Source: a virus (Duplodnaviria; Caudoviricetes). From it: 25,278 bases of DNA. Of this stretch, positions 1 through 9,509 are shown one piece after another; the first letter of the stretch is position 1, and every line of letters begins with the position of its first letter. A program made the translations under genes and the position numbers. The notes under the pieces were generated by a model. The model did not search any database, was not told the DNA's origin, and saw only the letters and a list, made by a program, of their open reading frames with translations. Where the stretch lies: the IMG/VR virus record IMGVR_UViG_3300027838_000035, positions 1 to 25,278 of that record; one strand, written 5' to 3'.

Positions 1-20
1 TCTTTGTCTGCTTCGCTCAT
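1..20 (-). CDS. 5' end of next gene (MSEADK...), truncated by the window edge
   Basis: ATG at 18-20 overlaps the TGA of the 64-aa ORF (ATGA coupling), with GAGGAGG upstream. Confidence 0.45.
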
Positions 21-211
21 TTCGCTGCCTCCTCTTTTTCGGGTTCCTCTACCTCTTCCTCCACAGGCTCCAGCTTGCCTGCCAGGTAACTCTCTACACC
101 CTGCAGCCGTGCCAGGTTGGTCTGCATAAGCTGCACTTTCGACAGCTCCTGCTGGATGTTGGCGATCTGAGTACGTACGTTCAACAAATCTTTTTCCATG
201 TCTTCACTCAT
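17..211 (-). CDS. small coiled-coil protein downstream of the tail fiber (possible fiber-associated protein)
   Basis: Heptad-like sequence (LLNVRTQIANIQQELSKVQL), acidic tail, ATGA overlap with the fiber stop, GGAGG RBS. Confidence 0.7.
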   Translation of the reverse strand: MSEDMEKDLLNVRTQIANIQQELSKVQLMQTNLARLQGVESYLAGKLEPVEEEVEEPEKEEAAK

Positions 212-2661
212 GCTGCCTCCAATGTCTCTACTCTGGTGATAAGTTCTTGCAATGCCGCCACCGTTACCGCTGTCAGTGCCCGTCCATTAAGCCCCCAATG
301 GTCCACGCCTTCAGCGTCAGTATTGGCACCGCCGGGACTGCCTTCGGGGAAGACTTTGAAAACTTCTTGCGAGAAAAAACCGGCTAGGCGTGGCTGCGGC
401 GGCCTCTTGACTATTACGCCGTTCACTAAATCGGATGTGGGTATGATGCCGCTGGCGTCGTTCTTCCAGTCGAAATAACGTGGCATCAGTTGCTTAACTA
501 TATTCACGCCACCGTCTACCACTCCCATGTCGTTCTTCCACGTCATGTCAGATACCGACGTGAGGTTCTTGGAACCATCCGTCTGAACATCCTGGGACGC
601 GGTAAGACCAGCAATATTCAGAACGCCGGCATTTGTAAGCGTCATCGCCTGAACGGGAGTAAATGTGTTTCCATCCGTTCCTGCTGCATTGGAAACATTG
701 AATCGGATCTGCCCATTAACCTGTTCAATTCCACACGCCTCGTCTGACGCAATGTATTCATATAAACCAGAGGTATTGACATAGGCATTATACCACCACG
801 CAGACGTAGACCCTGCGGCGACCCCGCTTGACCACCTTGCCCCAAGCTGTTGTTGGAATAACGTGTGGTTGGCGTGTTTCGCTTCGGGGTTTATGTTTTG
901 ACCTATAGATCCAATAATAACGGCTTTCTTTGCCACACCTAACCCACCATCGGTATGAATCGATCCATCGGTCCCCGATGTCGAGTCTGTTGTATTGTCA
1001 ATACTCAAGACACCTGAACCCGTGATGGTCGTGGCTGTCAGCGCAGCCGTGGCTAACGTTCCACCTGCCACCGTCAGAGTGTTTGCAGAGTGTGTCAGCG
1101 TCACATCGCCTTCTTCCCAGTCTATCACACCGCCTGTATGTAAGAACAGGTCACTCCACTCCGTACCGCTTGCACCCAGTGCGCCACCATTGTCAGCGTT
1201 GGGAAGGATTGCCCCTGTCACCGTCAGCGCACCAGAGGCGAGGGTGCCGCTGACCACAGCATTGTTTGTGACTACGGTGTTGCCCGTTGCCGTCAACGTG
1301 AGGAGGCCACTGGAGGTGGCTGTCAGGTTGGTTCCATCACCCTCGATCTTTTCCCCATCATCACCGAAAGTCAAGCCAATCTCGGCAGGGATGTTCACGT
1401 CACCCGAAGGAGCTGCTGCTAATTCTATATCGCCACCAGAATCTAAGGTAACCGTTGTGCCTGCCAATTCGGCCGTGCCGTCTGCTGTTATCTGTATATT
1501 GGCCGCAGCCCCCCCTGCATCAGTTGTTTCAATGGTCAGTGTGCCATGCGTCCCTGCCGTAAACACTGCCGTATCGTTGGTCGAACCCGTCATCGTGATG
1601 ACTTTGCCGTCAACGGCTACATCGTCTACGGTAAGGGCCGTTAAAGTCCCTAAGCTCGTTACGCTTCCCTGAGCGGCTGTTGCTAAAGTGCCTGTCAATG
1701 TCCCTGTTACAGTCAAATTATCTGCCACGGTTACTTCAGACGTACTATGGCCGATTGTTACGGCTATTCCAGATGTTTCCGTTGCTATCTTTAGGGCACC
1801 TTCAGAATTGGTAATATAGGAATTGGTGCCGTCGTGATATACAGTTAGATCGCTGGACGCACCCCACATACCTTTAGCAGAATCTGGGAATAAAATATCA
1901 TCTGTGCCTGTGGGGACTGTGAATACTGTCGTATCCGCATCATTTTTCAGGGTCACATCACTGGTAGAACCTTGTCCTGTTAAAATAAGCCCTTCTGCTG
2001 ATGTATATCCTATTGCGGCGTTATCCCCTGAAGAGGTATCACCCGTTGCTTCAATTGTTGTTCCAGTGATTACGCCACTTGATGTAATAGCGCCGCTGGA
2101 GAGGGTACCGCCTACCGTGGCCGCATCGGTAAATAAGTTGCTCCACCGATTGCCTGTCACGCCCAGGCTCACATCAGAGTCTGTGGTAGGCTGGAGGATC
2201 CCGTCGGTAATCTGGATCTGTGACACAGCTCCACCCGAAGCAGCTACATAGAAATCGATGCGCCCGACTTCAGCCGTTGCGGTAGCAGTCGTCATGACGA
2301 CATCGAGGTAACCGATATCGGACACGCCTCCACCGGCATCGTCAGCGTAGAACTCCAGACGCACACCGTCATTTGCTGCAGGTGTTCCCGAGGTAGGGTT
2401 GAGGCCGAATTTGCCAGCCGTCCTGACTCCTCCTGCGGCTGCGGCTGTGTTCTCCATCGTCTTCAAGCCGGTAAATGTCTGTGCTGTGCTTACACCTGCC
2501 AGCCCGTCAGCCGATACCAGATCTGCGTTGGCTTCGTCGAAGTTTGCTGCTTCATTCAGAAACGACAGCACGTTCGTGAACTGATTGGTAATCGGTTCGG
2601 CGTCCATGTCCGCACCGGCTACGGGCAAGACCAGTGGAGTGATACCAGCTACGGTTGCCAT
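208..2661 (-). CDS. tail fiber protein with C-terminal peptidase S74-type intramolecular chaperone
   Basis: Thr/Gly/Ala-rich repeats (ILQPTTDSDVSLGVTGNRWSNLF / ILPNADNGGALGASGTEWSDLF). C-terminus has VSDMTWK...PRYFDWK...GFFSQEV...P and a terminal coiled coil (ALQELITRVETLE). Start moved to MATVAG at 2661, just after the nozzle stop, with GGAG upstream. Confidence 0.88.
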   Translation of the reverse strand: MATVAGITPLVLPVAGADMDAEPITNQFTNVLSFLNEAANFDEANADLVSADGLAGVSTAQTFTGLKTMENTAAAAGGVRTAGKFGLNPTSGTPAANDGVRLEFYADDAGGGVSDIGYLDVVMTTATATAEVGRIDFYVAASGGAVSQIQITDGILQPTTDSDVSLGVTGNRWSNLFTDAATVGGTLSSGAITSSGVITGTTIEATGDTSSGDNAAIGYTSAEGLILTGQGSTSDVTLKNDADTTVFTVPTGTDDILFPDSAKGMWGASSDLTVYHDGTNSYITNSEGALKIATETSGIAVTIGHSTSEVTVADNLTVTGTLTGTLATAAQGSVTSLGTLTALTVDDVAVDGKVITMTGSTNDTAVFTAGTHGTLTIETTDAGGAAANIQITADGTAELAGTTVTLDSGGDIELAAAPSGDVNIPAEIGLTFGDDGEKIEGDGTNLTATSSGLLTLTATGNTVVTNNAVVSGTLASGALTVTGAILPNADNGGALGASGTEWSDLFLHTGGVIDWEEGDVTLTHSANTLTVAGGTLATAALTATTITGSGVLSIDNTTDSTSGTDGSIHTDGGLGVAKKAVIIGSIGQNINPEAKHANHTLFQQQLGARWSSGVAAGSTSAWWYNAYVNTSGLYEYIASDEACGIEQVNGQIRFNVSNAAGTDGNTFTPVQAMTLTNAGVLNIAGLTASQDVQTDGSKNLTSVSDMTWKNDMGVVDGGVNIVKQLMPRYFDWKNDASGIIPTSDLVNGVIVKRPPQPRLAGFFSQEVFKVFPEGSPGGANTDAEGVDHWGLNGRALTAVTVAALQELITRVETLEAA

Positions 2662-2663
2662 CG

Positions 2664-4235
2664 TTATTGCTCCGTGACTTCGAAGTGAACGCGATAGCCA
2701 ATCAGGTCGATGTTTGCATCCCCGGTCCATCTCGCCTGAACGGTCTGCGCATTACGGTTAATGAAGGTTGTGACTACTGCCTCGGTGCCTCCCGGCCATT
2801 TCTCTCCAGAGTTCCATGTCAGACCAGAGTTCCATGTCAGGTCAATCGACGTATCCAGCGTGGCTGCGACGGGCTGGAGCTGTCCCTGATTACGGATCAG
2901 CTCGAAGGAGATGTCCTGCTGCCCCACCTGCGGTCTGTAGATCGTGTCTACCTTGATGATGTTCTTTTCGCGTCCTGGGAGCTGGAGGTCGTTGGGAGCT
3001 GTCCTTGCCTCCCAGTTGATGTCGGCTCCGTTGTCGTCAGCCAGCAGCGGGTCGTTTCCCCGGTACGTATACCCTGTCGCTCCGCCGAGAATGTCATACT
3101 CGACATCGGAGAGAATCCAGCTGGCGGCGTAGTTGATGGAGATCGGAAGCTCGTCGATCCAGACGTCGTCCGTTTCCCAGTCCCACACCAGCACCCTGTC
3201 GTGCCCCGTGTTGTTCGCAGCTGAGGAGAGGAGGGTGCGTACCTGATGGTCTTTCTGCCTGACGAAGCTCACGGCATACTGGAGACGCGACTGATTCAGG
3301 TCGTTGAACCATGTCTGCTGTATGGGGAGGGTGACGTTGCGCGGTCGGAGGTCGTGTCCGAGGGCATATGCCCCATCCCGTGCGATGAAGAATGCGAAGT
3401 TGGGGTGCCCGATAATCGAGTGCTTGGCGATAGGCTGGAATCCCCGGCTCACCGACTCTTCGAAAATGCGCAGCTCGATGTAGCCCACGTTGACGAACAG
3501 CTGTGTCGGGTAGACGCCATCCTTCTTGATGATCAGGAGCTTGCTGTCGAAATCGACGCCGCCCAGGATGGCAGCTCCATCGTGATAAATCTCTGTCCTG
3601 TTGTTGGTCGGCCAGTTGGTCACATCGACGGTGAAGAATTCCGCGTCCACATCGCACCAGCGTGCCCGCGTGGTCTGGACCGTGCCTCCCTCCGTCGTGT
3701 TCAGCGCGACGAGGACGTTGCGATGCAGTACGAGATCTTCGCATGTCGTAAAGGGCACTCCGGCCAAGTTAGCTGCGACCGTGGGTGTTGCGAAGTCTCC
3801 GCCCCATGTCCACCTGATTTGTGCCATTCGTGTCCCCAGGAGCGTGTCCTGCATGAAGGCGAACCGGACTCTGGCGTCCGCTGAATCCGTCTGCGCTGTG
3901 CCGGTGATGTCCTTGCGCGTGGTCCCGTCGTTGGCATAGACCTTCGTCCCGGCTACTTCTACCTGTCGCTCTCCCGCCTTGAATTCAACCTGCTTCAGTC
4001 CTACGAGATCTTTGCCGTTGCCGCTTTCTGTGATCTGTGCGGCAATCCACTCGTCAAATCCAAAACGCTTCTTCATCGTCTGGCGCTCTGTGAAATTCAG
4101 GTTGACGAGCCTCTCCGTATCCTGCGGCGTCAGCCGTACGTCTGGATAGACATATGCGCTCTTCTGTCCACGAACCCGGTACGTCTGTGGGCTGGTGATT
4201 AGATTAGGTTCTATTGCTGGTATGGCTGATGCCAT
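2664..4235 (-). CDS. tail nozzle / stabilization protein (P22 gp10 / T7 gp12-like position)
   Basis: 523 aa, beta-rich, N-terminal ERLVNLNF...KKRFG, C-terminal W-repeat (LTWNSGLTWNSGEKW); lies between adaptor and fiber. Confidence 0.7.
   Translation of the reverse strand: MASAIPAIEPNLITSPQTYRVRGQKSAYVYPDVRLTPQDTERLVNLNFTERQTMKKRFGFDEWIAAQITESGNGKDLVGLKQVEFKAGERQVEVAGTKVYANDGTTRKDITGTAQTDSADARVRFAFMQDTLLGTRMAQIRWTWGGDFATPTVAANLAGVPFTTCEDLVLHRNVLVALNTTEGGTVQTTRARWCDVDAEFFTVDVTNWPTNNRTEIYHDGAAILGGVDFDSKLLIIKKDGVYPTQLFVNVGYIELRIFEESVSRGFQPIAKHSIIGHPNFAFFIARDGAYALGHDLRPRNVTLPIQQTWFNDLNQSRLQYAVSFVRQKDHQVRTLLSSAANNTGHDRVLVWDWETDDVWIDELPISINYAASWILSDVEYDILGGATGYTYRGNDPLLADDNGADINWEARTAPNDLQLPGREKNIIKVDTIYRPQVGQQDISFELIRNQGQLQPVAATLDTSIDLTWNSGLTWNSGEKWPGGTEAVVTTFINRNAQTVQARWTGDANIDLIGYRVHFEVTEQ
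2806..2840. repeat. tandem repeat, 2 x CCAGAGTTCCATGTCAG (18-bp period)
   Basis: Exact duplication encoding LTWNSG twice. Confidence 0.85.
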
Positions 4236-5233
4236 TACACAACTCTCCCGAAGTCAATGCCCCGCACCGGCTGGCCGATACGACCTCCCGGTACCGTCAT
4301 CTGCACATTATCGAGGACGTGTGTGATATTGGGTTTTACGTCGAGATGGTTTTTGAATTCCTGCAAACGCTGGTTGCCCATCCCGAGATACTGGGTAGCC
4401 AGATCCTGCTTGCCGAACAGCGGCAGCACTTCGCCCGCACCCAGGAGGGTGAGGATGTCGTGATACTGGTCATCGAATTCCGGCCAGTCGTTGTCATTGA
4501 TCAGGTCAGGCTTGGTCACCATTGCCCTGATCTGCAGGTTGATAGCGGTGCTGGGGATCTGGTCGAACTCGATCCATGTATATGTAGGGGAGTCGTACGC
4601 CACGGGGATCCGAGCGACGACAACACCTGCAGTCACGTCTTTGCATATGACGTTGCCCGCAAAGGTTGCTCCCGAGGCATTGTATTTGGTAAAGCGTTCG
4701 ATCCCCCTGCTCTGGCTCGGGTCGGCGCTGCCGGTCGAAACTGCTGGGGTTGTGCCGTTGAGCGTAAGGTTCTCGGAAGTCCTCATGCCGTTGGCGTCGT
4801 AGAACGTCATTCTGACAAACAGGTTCGTGGAGTCTGATGCGGAGCTGGACTCCACGCTGATCGTGCTTGTTGCAGCAATGGGCACCTGAAGTCCGAAGCG
4901 ACCGATGCTGAAATACCGCAGCGGCCTACCCGTCTCCACGCGCCCAGGATCCAGCTTGTCGTGCTCTTCTACCGTCATCTCTTCGAGGTTGCTTCTGTCC
5001 GTGGTGTCCTGTATGTCGAGGATCGTGCGCACGTCCAGCGGCAGTCCGAGGGTCGCCTGTGAGGCTACCGTCGCTACCGTGAATGAGCGCTGCCTGAGAT
5101 CCTGAAACGTCTCCGCCAGCACCCGCTTGTAAGCGTTATTGATGCCGGTCTGGATGACGCTCTTTGCTTCGCCTCCGAGATCTACGGACCCACGTCGTGC
5201 CACTTCTTGTTGATGCTCGGTGTATGTCGCCAC
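4235..5233 (-). CDS. head-tail adaptor / tail tubular protein
   Basis: MATYTEHQQEV...INNAYKRV N-terminus, TGRPLRY, and C-terminal PDL...DWPEFDDQYHDIL...GA pattern typical of podovirus adaptors; TAATG-coupled to the nozzle gene. Confidence 0.7.
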   Translation of the reverse strand: MATYTEHQQEVARRGSVDLGGEAKSVIQTGINNAYKRVLAETFQDLRQRSFTVATVASQATLGLPLDVRTILDIQDTTDRSNLEEMTVEEHDKLDPGRVETGRPLRYFSIGRFGLQVPIAATSTISVESSSASDSTNLFVRMTFYDANGMRTSENLTLNGTTPAVSTGSADPSQSRGIERFTKYNASGATFAGNVICKDVTAGVVVARIPVAYDSPTYTWIEFDQIPSTAINLQIRAMVTKPDLINDNDWPEFDDQYHDILTLLGAGEVLPLFGKQDLATQYLGMGNQRLQEFKNHLDVKPNITHVLDNVQMTVPGGRIGQPVRGIDFGRVV

Positions 5234-5922
5234 TACTTGCCCCCTTCTTCAGCCTCCTCCAGAGCAGCCTGGATCTTACTTGTCAGCTCATTCCCGGCGA
5301 CAACATCTTTAGCGGTAACTTCCTGCAGTTCAGCTTCTTCCAGTGTGGACGGTTCAGGTGTCCCGGCAATCGACCTGAAGGCATCCGCCACAGACTTGAA
5401 CATTCCTTCACGTTCCCGTGCTGCTTGCTGGTCCTGGCTCTCCATCAGGCGTCCGCGCAGATTCGGGCCGTCAGTAGCAACGACCTCCTTCAGCCGGAAC
5501 TGCCACAATGCGAAGGTTGGAATGTGTGTTCCCGCCTCCATCATTTCCTCGGCTTCATCCTGCCTGACGATGCGCCCACGGTCCACAAAACGCTCTCCGG
5601 CATACGTGCCTACGAACGTGAGGATCATGCCGTCATCGTCACCGACGGTTTTCTGTTCGCCGGTCTTCGTCTTGCGGAAGAGGCGATGCCGGAAGTTTGA
5701 ATTCTTACGCGCCAGATCCAGCAGTGTGCGGGGCATGCCTACCGTCTGCTCCGTCCAATCTTTGCCGATCTGCGGGATAAAGTCGTTCATCGGGTTGTTG
5801 CTGATAAATTTCCGGTAGATGACCTGTTCTTTATCTTCTTCGCTCAGATTGAGGCGGATGAACATGTCTGCTCTGTTGACGTCCTGCACACCTGCTCCGG
5901 TTGGGTCCAATACGATTGGCAT
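5233..5922 (-). CDS. hypothetical virion-operon protein
   Basis: 229-aa ORF with AAGGAG RBS; stop overlaps the adaptor start. Confidence 0.8.
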   Translation of the reverse strand: MPIVLDPTGAGVQDVNRADMFIRLNLSEEDKEQVIYRKFISNNPMNDFIPQIGKDWTEQTVGMPRTLLDLARKNSNFRHRLFRKTKTGEQKTVGDDDGMILTFVGTYAGERFVDRGRIVRQDEAEEMMEAGTHIPTFALWQFRLKEVVATDGPNLRGRLMESQDQQAAREREGMFKSVADAFRSIAGTPEPSTLEEAELQEVTAKDVVAGNELTSKIQAALEEAEEGGK

Positions 5923-5933
5923 TTAATTCTCCT

Positions 5934-6092
5934 TTAGCCTTGGTCTTTGAACATTTCTGCGATTGCGTCCGCCTCTTTCTGCGTCACGTTGCCACGCAGC
6001 TTGGCGATGAGGGCGTTCTGGTTTCTTGTCAGGGTGTTGACTGCTACCACTAAAGCCGCAGAGGCTGGCTTTAATCTCAATTCCTGCAACAT
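5934..6092 (-). CDS. small helical hypothetical protein (MLQELRLKPASAALVVAVNTL..., 52 aa)
   Basis: AAGGAG 6 nt before ATG 6092; amphipathic helix. The longer 154-aa call overlaps the upstream glycosyltransferase and the terminator. Confidence 0.6.
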   Translation of the reverse strand: MLQELRLKPASAALVVAVNTLTRNQNALIAKLRGNVTQKEADAIAEMFKDQG

Positions 6093-6130
6093 TCCAATCT
6101 CCTTTGCGCAGTTTCTGCACAGCCATGGGT

Positions 6131-6179
6131 AAAAAAAGGGGGCAGGATCGTGGAGGTTGACGGCGTAGCCCACCCCCTT
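6131..6179 (-). terminator. intrinsic terminator-like hairpin after the glycosyltransferase cassette
   Basis: GGGGGTGGG ... CCTGCCCCC stem followed by T7 on the minus strand; the loop is long (about 22 nt). Confidence 0.6.
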
Positions 6180-6193
6180 ATCTCGATAAACCC

Positions 6194-7081
6194 TTACGCC
6201 GCCAAATTGCAGACGTCGAACATCTCCTTCACCCGATCTACGTATGTGTGTTTCTCTCTTGCCAGCTTGTGTCCTGCTGCTGCGATAGTCTCTCTCTCTT
6301 CGTGATGCGTCAGGTAGTAATCGGCCTTCTCGATGGCTTCTTCCTCTCCCTCGTATCCGATGAAGTGGACGCCTTCCTCGAACCCCAGCTCCTGCCATCC
6401 GATGACGTTCCGGTTTGTCAGCAGCGCAGTCCCGGTGGACATCACTTCGAAAAATCTCATGTTCAGATCGTCTCGGATCGAGATATTGAAGCCCAGCCGA
6501 CCACGGATGTAGTGCGCCGCCATGAACTCATGGAAGCAGTCGGGGACGTACCAAAGCCTTCCCACACCCAAACGCATTCGCTCCAGCCATTCCAGCCTGT
6601 TGTTGCCCGTCTTGTCTTCGTTGATGAACCCCACGAATACGAGATCATGTTGCTTGTCGAGGCTGCGCCCCATCAGGATCTCGTCCTTGGTGTGGCTCGT
6701 CATGATCTCACCGTAGTTGGGGTGAGCTGGAGGGTGACAGGCCAGAGGCAACCAGTGTGCATTCAAGCCTTCTGCTGCCAGTCTCTCAGCTCCCGGTTTT
6801 TGTGCGGCGAAAATTGTGTCAAAATCTTCGGCCCACTTTCGCCGCATATCCCAGCCAAGGTGCGTATCGATGAGCCACGCAGCGTTGGGCTTGGGACAGT
6901 CCATTGGGATATCGTCTCTGCCGTCATCCACAAAAATGTAGAAGTCGCAGTCTTCTTCGTATCCCGCTCCACGGGTATACCATTTCGTCTCGATCCCCAT
7001 CTGGTGCTTTACTGCGTTTCTCACCAAACTGAAGGTGCCGTTGTCTCTTATTTCCGCGTTTACTACGAACCCGATTTTCAT
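6194..7081 (-). CDS. GT-B glycosyltransferase, CgeB/YkvP-like (Glyco_trans_1_2-type)
   Basis: WLIDTH, HWLPLAC, DLVFVG, FNISIRDDLNMRFFEVMSTG, IAAAGHKLAREKHTYVDRV motifs. Confidence 0.88.
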   Translation of the reverse strand: MKIGFVVNAEIRDNGTFSLVRNAVKHQMGIETKWYTRGAGYEEDCDFYIFVDDGRDDIPMDCPKPNAAWLIDTHLGWDMRRKWAEDFDTIFAAQKPGAERLAAEGLNAHWLPLACHPPAHPNYGEIMTSHTKDEILMGRSLDKQHDLVFVGFINEDKTGNNRLEWLERMRLGVGRLWYVPDCFHEFMAAHYIRGRLGFNISIRDDLNMRFFEVMSTGTALLTNRNVIGWQELGFEEGVHFIGYEGEEEAIEKADYYLTHHEERETIAAAGHKLAREKHTYVDRVKEMFDVCNLAA

Positions 7082-8310
7082 TCTACCCTCGCAATCACAC
7101 CGAACGCTCCCGAGTTGAACGACTGCGCCCCTTCGACAACGAATCCCTGTGATTCCATGAGACTCGTGAGTGTCGGAGCCGTATAGGCGTGGACATGTGA
7201 GTAATCGATAACCATTGTGTCGAGCTGCCCGTGTTCAGGAAGGACCGCGTATACCATCCCTTCCGGCTTCAACACTCTCTTCCATTCTTCCAGCGCAGCA
7301 ACAGGGTCTATCAGATGCTCGAACAGATGGATCGCGAAGATGTAGTCTTGCGAATGGTCAGCGACCGGGATGTTCATGGCGTCGCCCACCAGATGCGGCT
7401 TCGCTCCTGTGAACTTGCGTCCTCCGGCACCACGATCTCCCGGCTTTGCCATGTCTACCGGAACGCCCGCAATGTCTTCCCTGTCTCCACATCCCAGGTT
7501 GATGCCCTTGCTGCCCTCCACTGATTCAGAGAGACGATCCAGCCAGAGATCTTCTTCTGTCCTGCCTCCCTCGGGCTGCACCACAATCATAGTGGCTTGC
7601 ACTGTCTCGTACCACGCCCTGATTCCGTGTTTGTGGATGATCGCGTTTACCGTGTCCTCCTGATGCACCGTGCCGTCCCACTTGTTTCCGTGGACGCGGC
7701 GACCTGTCTGCTGCCCGAGGTGATGGAGGTATGCTGACCGGTCTACTATCAGGCGATATCCTGCTTTGCGTATCCTGATGCTCCAGTCGAAATCGTCGCC
7801 TCCTGGGAGCAGTTCGTCCAGCCCTCCGATTTCTTTGATCAGCTCCGTGCGCATCACCACACAGAACCCGATCAGCAGCGTTGTTTCGTAGATGTATGGC
7901 GCTCTGATATTCCAGAGACTCTGGGATCCCATGACGAAATTGCTTGTCGGTCCTACAGCTCCCACATTGGCGTGTCGAAACGGAGCACATAGCTTCCGCC
8001 AGAAATCCAGATGGTAAGGGAGGAACACCACATCGTCGTTGAGCAGCGCGACGTAGGGAGTGTTGCAGGATTTGAGAGCTAAATTGTGTGCTCCCATCCA
8101 GCCCGTGTTTCCACCGGCGTCGATAATCTCCACGTTTGGAACGTCGAAGCTTTCGACCAGCTCCTCGATGTGTGGCTGAGAGGGAGGGTCGTTGTTGATG
8201 ATCACGACCTTGAGCGGAAATTCTGTATGCATCAGCAGGGAGAGGACCGTGTCCTCAAGCTGCTGCAGGTTTTTGTATGTCGGGATCTGCACTGTCAGAA
8301 GAGGTTCCAT
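7078..8310 (-). CDS. GT2-family glycosyltransferase fused to class I SAM-dependent methyltransferase
   Basis: N-half: VQIPTYK, NTGWMGAHN, LLNDD, IGGLDE, GGDDFDWSIR. C-half: NLGCG, GDAMNIP, HLFEHL, RVLKPEG. Start MEPLL at 8310 is TAATG-coupled to the upstream gene. Confidence 0.9.
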   Translation of the reverse strand: MEPLLTVQIPTYKNLQQLEDTVLSLLMHTEFPLKVVIINNDPPSQPHIEELVESFDVPNVEIIDAGGNTGWMGAHNLALKSCNTPYVALLNDDVVFLPYHLDFWRKLCAPFRHANVGAVGPTSNFVMGSQSLWNIRAPYIYETTLLIGFCVVMRTELIKEIGGLDELLPGGDDFDWSIRIRKAGYRLIVDRSAYLHHLGQQTGRRVHGNKWDGTVHQEDTVNAIIHKHGIRAWYETVQATMIVVQPEGGRTEEDLWLDRLSESVEGSKGINLGCGDREDIAGVPVDMAKPGDRGAGGRKFTGAKPHLVGDAMNIPVADHSQDYIFAIHLFEHLIDPVAALEEWKRVLKPEGMVYAVLPEHGQLDTMVIDYSHVHAYTAPTLTSLMESQGFVVEGAQSFNSGAFGVIARVE

Positions 8311-9122
8311 TACATCCCCTCCGCTATCATTCGTGCATATTCCTCTGGCTGCGCCTTCCGGTTGGCATCGTATTCGGCTTCGCCGTGCCACTGTGGCTTG
8401 AAAACTTTGTGAACCGTCTTGAGGGAAGTGTCCACGTATCGAGGCACCCCGCTCTGCCAGCAGCGAACGCAGAACATCCAGTCTTCACCGCAAGCCGTAC
8501 TGTGAAACCACGGTTTCCCGATCTGCTTGAAGACGTTCATGTTGAACAGCACACACCCAGCTCCGAAGGCGATTGGCCCCCCGACATCGATGTCAGTGAT
8601 CAGCTGGTCCCGAGGGTAGTCGAAGACTGTTTCTGAGTGCCACTCCAGACCCTTGAGTCCGTGCTTTTCCTTGATCCTGTAGATAACCGGCTGAATGGGA
8701 TTGCGGGCCGTAAAGGCCAGCGCCCCCACCACAGGCTTCTGGTGTCGCCACAGCCTCAGGAAGGCTGACCATGGCATGAGCATGTCGTAGTCCCACATGA
8801 ACAGCCAGTCAGCGCCCCAAGCCATGGCATTCTCCACGACACGTTCCCGAGCCAGCCCTGGAAGGGAGAGTCCCCCTTCGTCGGAATACCCGAATTCGAA
8901 GATGCCGTCTTCTGCCGTGATCTCGGTGTGTTCGCCATCGGCTTTCATCGGATCGAGGGTGGGGATGTCGTACTCCCCTCCCGTGATCACCTGCTGCTGC
9001 AGCCAATGGCTCCGCTCCTGCATCCTGCCGAAGTAATGCATAATCTCGAAATACGTGGTATACGTGGACTTGTCGGGTCCGTTGTACCACGGAAATCCGA
9101 GGCATACTTTTGTAGTTTTCAA
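8310..9122 (-). CDS. GT-A fold glycosyltransferase (GT2-like, phage type)
   Basis: ARERVVE...ADWLFMWDYD (DxD), FGAGCVLF...FKQIGKPWF, GEDWMFC, VDTSLKTVH. Confidence 0.85.
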   Translation of the reverse strand: MKTTKVCLGFPWYNGPDKSTYTTYFEIMHYFGRMQERSHWLQQQVITGGEYDIPTLDPMKADGEHTEITAEDGIFEFGYSDEGGLSLPGLARERVVENAMAWGADWLFMWDYDMLMPWSAFLRLWRHQKPVVGALAFTARNPIQPVIYRIKEKHGLKGLEWHSETVFDYPRDQLITDIDVGGPIAFGAGCVLFNMNVFKQIGKPWFHSTACGEDWMFCVRCWQSGVPRYVDTSLKTVHKVFKPQWHGEAEYDANRKAQPEEYARMIAEGM

Positions 9123-9135
9123 AGAACGCTCCCGG

Positions 9136-9447
9136 TTATATCCAGCTCGGCAGATACCGAGCCTTGATGTAGATCCATACAGACGTCTCTATCGCCAGTC
9201 GATAGTGATGCCCCCGGTGTGTCGTGAACTCTGCCTTACTGTCCATCCAAAAGACTTTTCCGCAATCACATTGCATCAGTTCCCGGTTGTCGATCCCTGC
9301 GTCGAGCGGCCTGATGAACCAGTAAAACGGACTGCGACAAAACCTTTCGTAGAGAGGCTTGATTCGCTGCTGCTCCTGCATTGATTCCATGAGCCATTTG
9401 GCCTGTTCGTGTAACTTTGCCTCCAGCTCCTCGATTCTGTTTTCCAT
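9136..9447 (-). CDS. hypothetical protein with coiled coil and CxC...H..H putative metal site
   Basis: 103-aa ORF with GGGGGA upstream; first gene of the cassette. Confidence 0.7.
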   Translation of the reverse strand: MENRIEELEAKLHEQAKWLMESMQEQQRIKPLYERFCRSPFYWFIRPLDAGIDNRELMQCDCGKVFWMDSKAEFTTHRGHHYRLAIETSVWIYIKARYLPSWI

Positions 9448-9473
9448 GTCGCATCCCCCAATCCCAGTTTAGT

Positions 9474-9509
9474 GGTGGTGCGGACCAACCGGGATAGGTC
9501 CGCACCACC
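9474..9509. other. perfect 13-bp stem-loop at the 3' end of the head genes
   Basis: GGTGGTGCGGACC (9474-9486) pairs with GGTCCGCACCACC (9497-9509); no U-tract; adjacent palindrome GGAGTCGACTCC at 9513-9524. Confidence 0.75.

Noticed and set aside
208-2661. Diversity-generating retroelement target in the tail fiber
   Set aside because: No reverse transcriptase and no adenine-variable TR/VR pair seen; the C-terminus is an S74 chaperone
2806-2840. Tandem repeat as a contingency locus or CRISPR-like repeat
   Set aside because: Only two in-frame copies encoding a Trp-repeat motif typical of nozzle C-termini; no spacers
5923-6126. Possible programmed frameshift joining MAVQKLRKG... to the 5934 frame
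   Set aside because: No clear slippery heptamer, and the 52-aa ORF has its own AAGGAG RBS
6248-7186. Long plus-strand ORFs (this 312-aa one, also 15347-16237, 995-1672, 3246-3884, 17641-18315)
   Set aside because: Antisense shadows of well-supported minus-strand genes; no recognisable motifs
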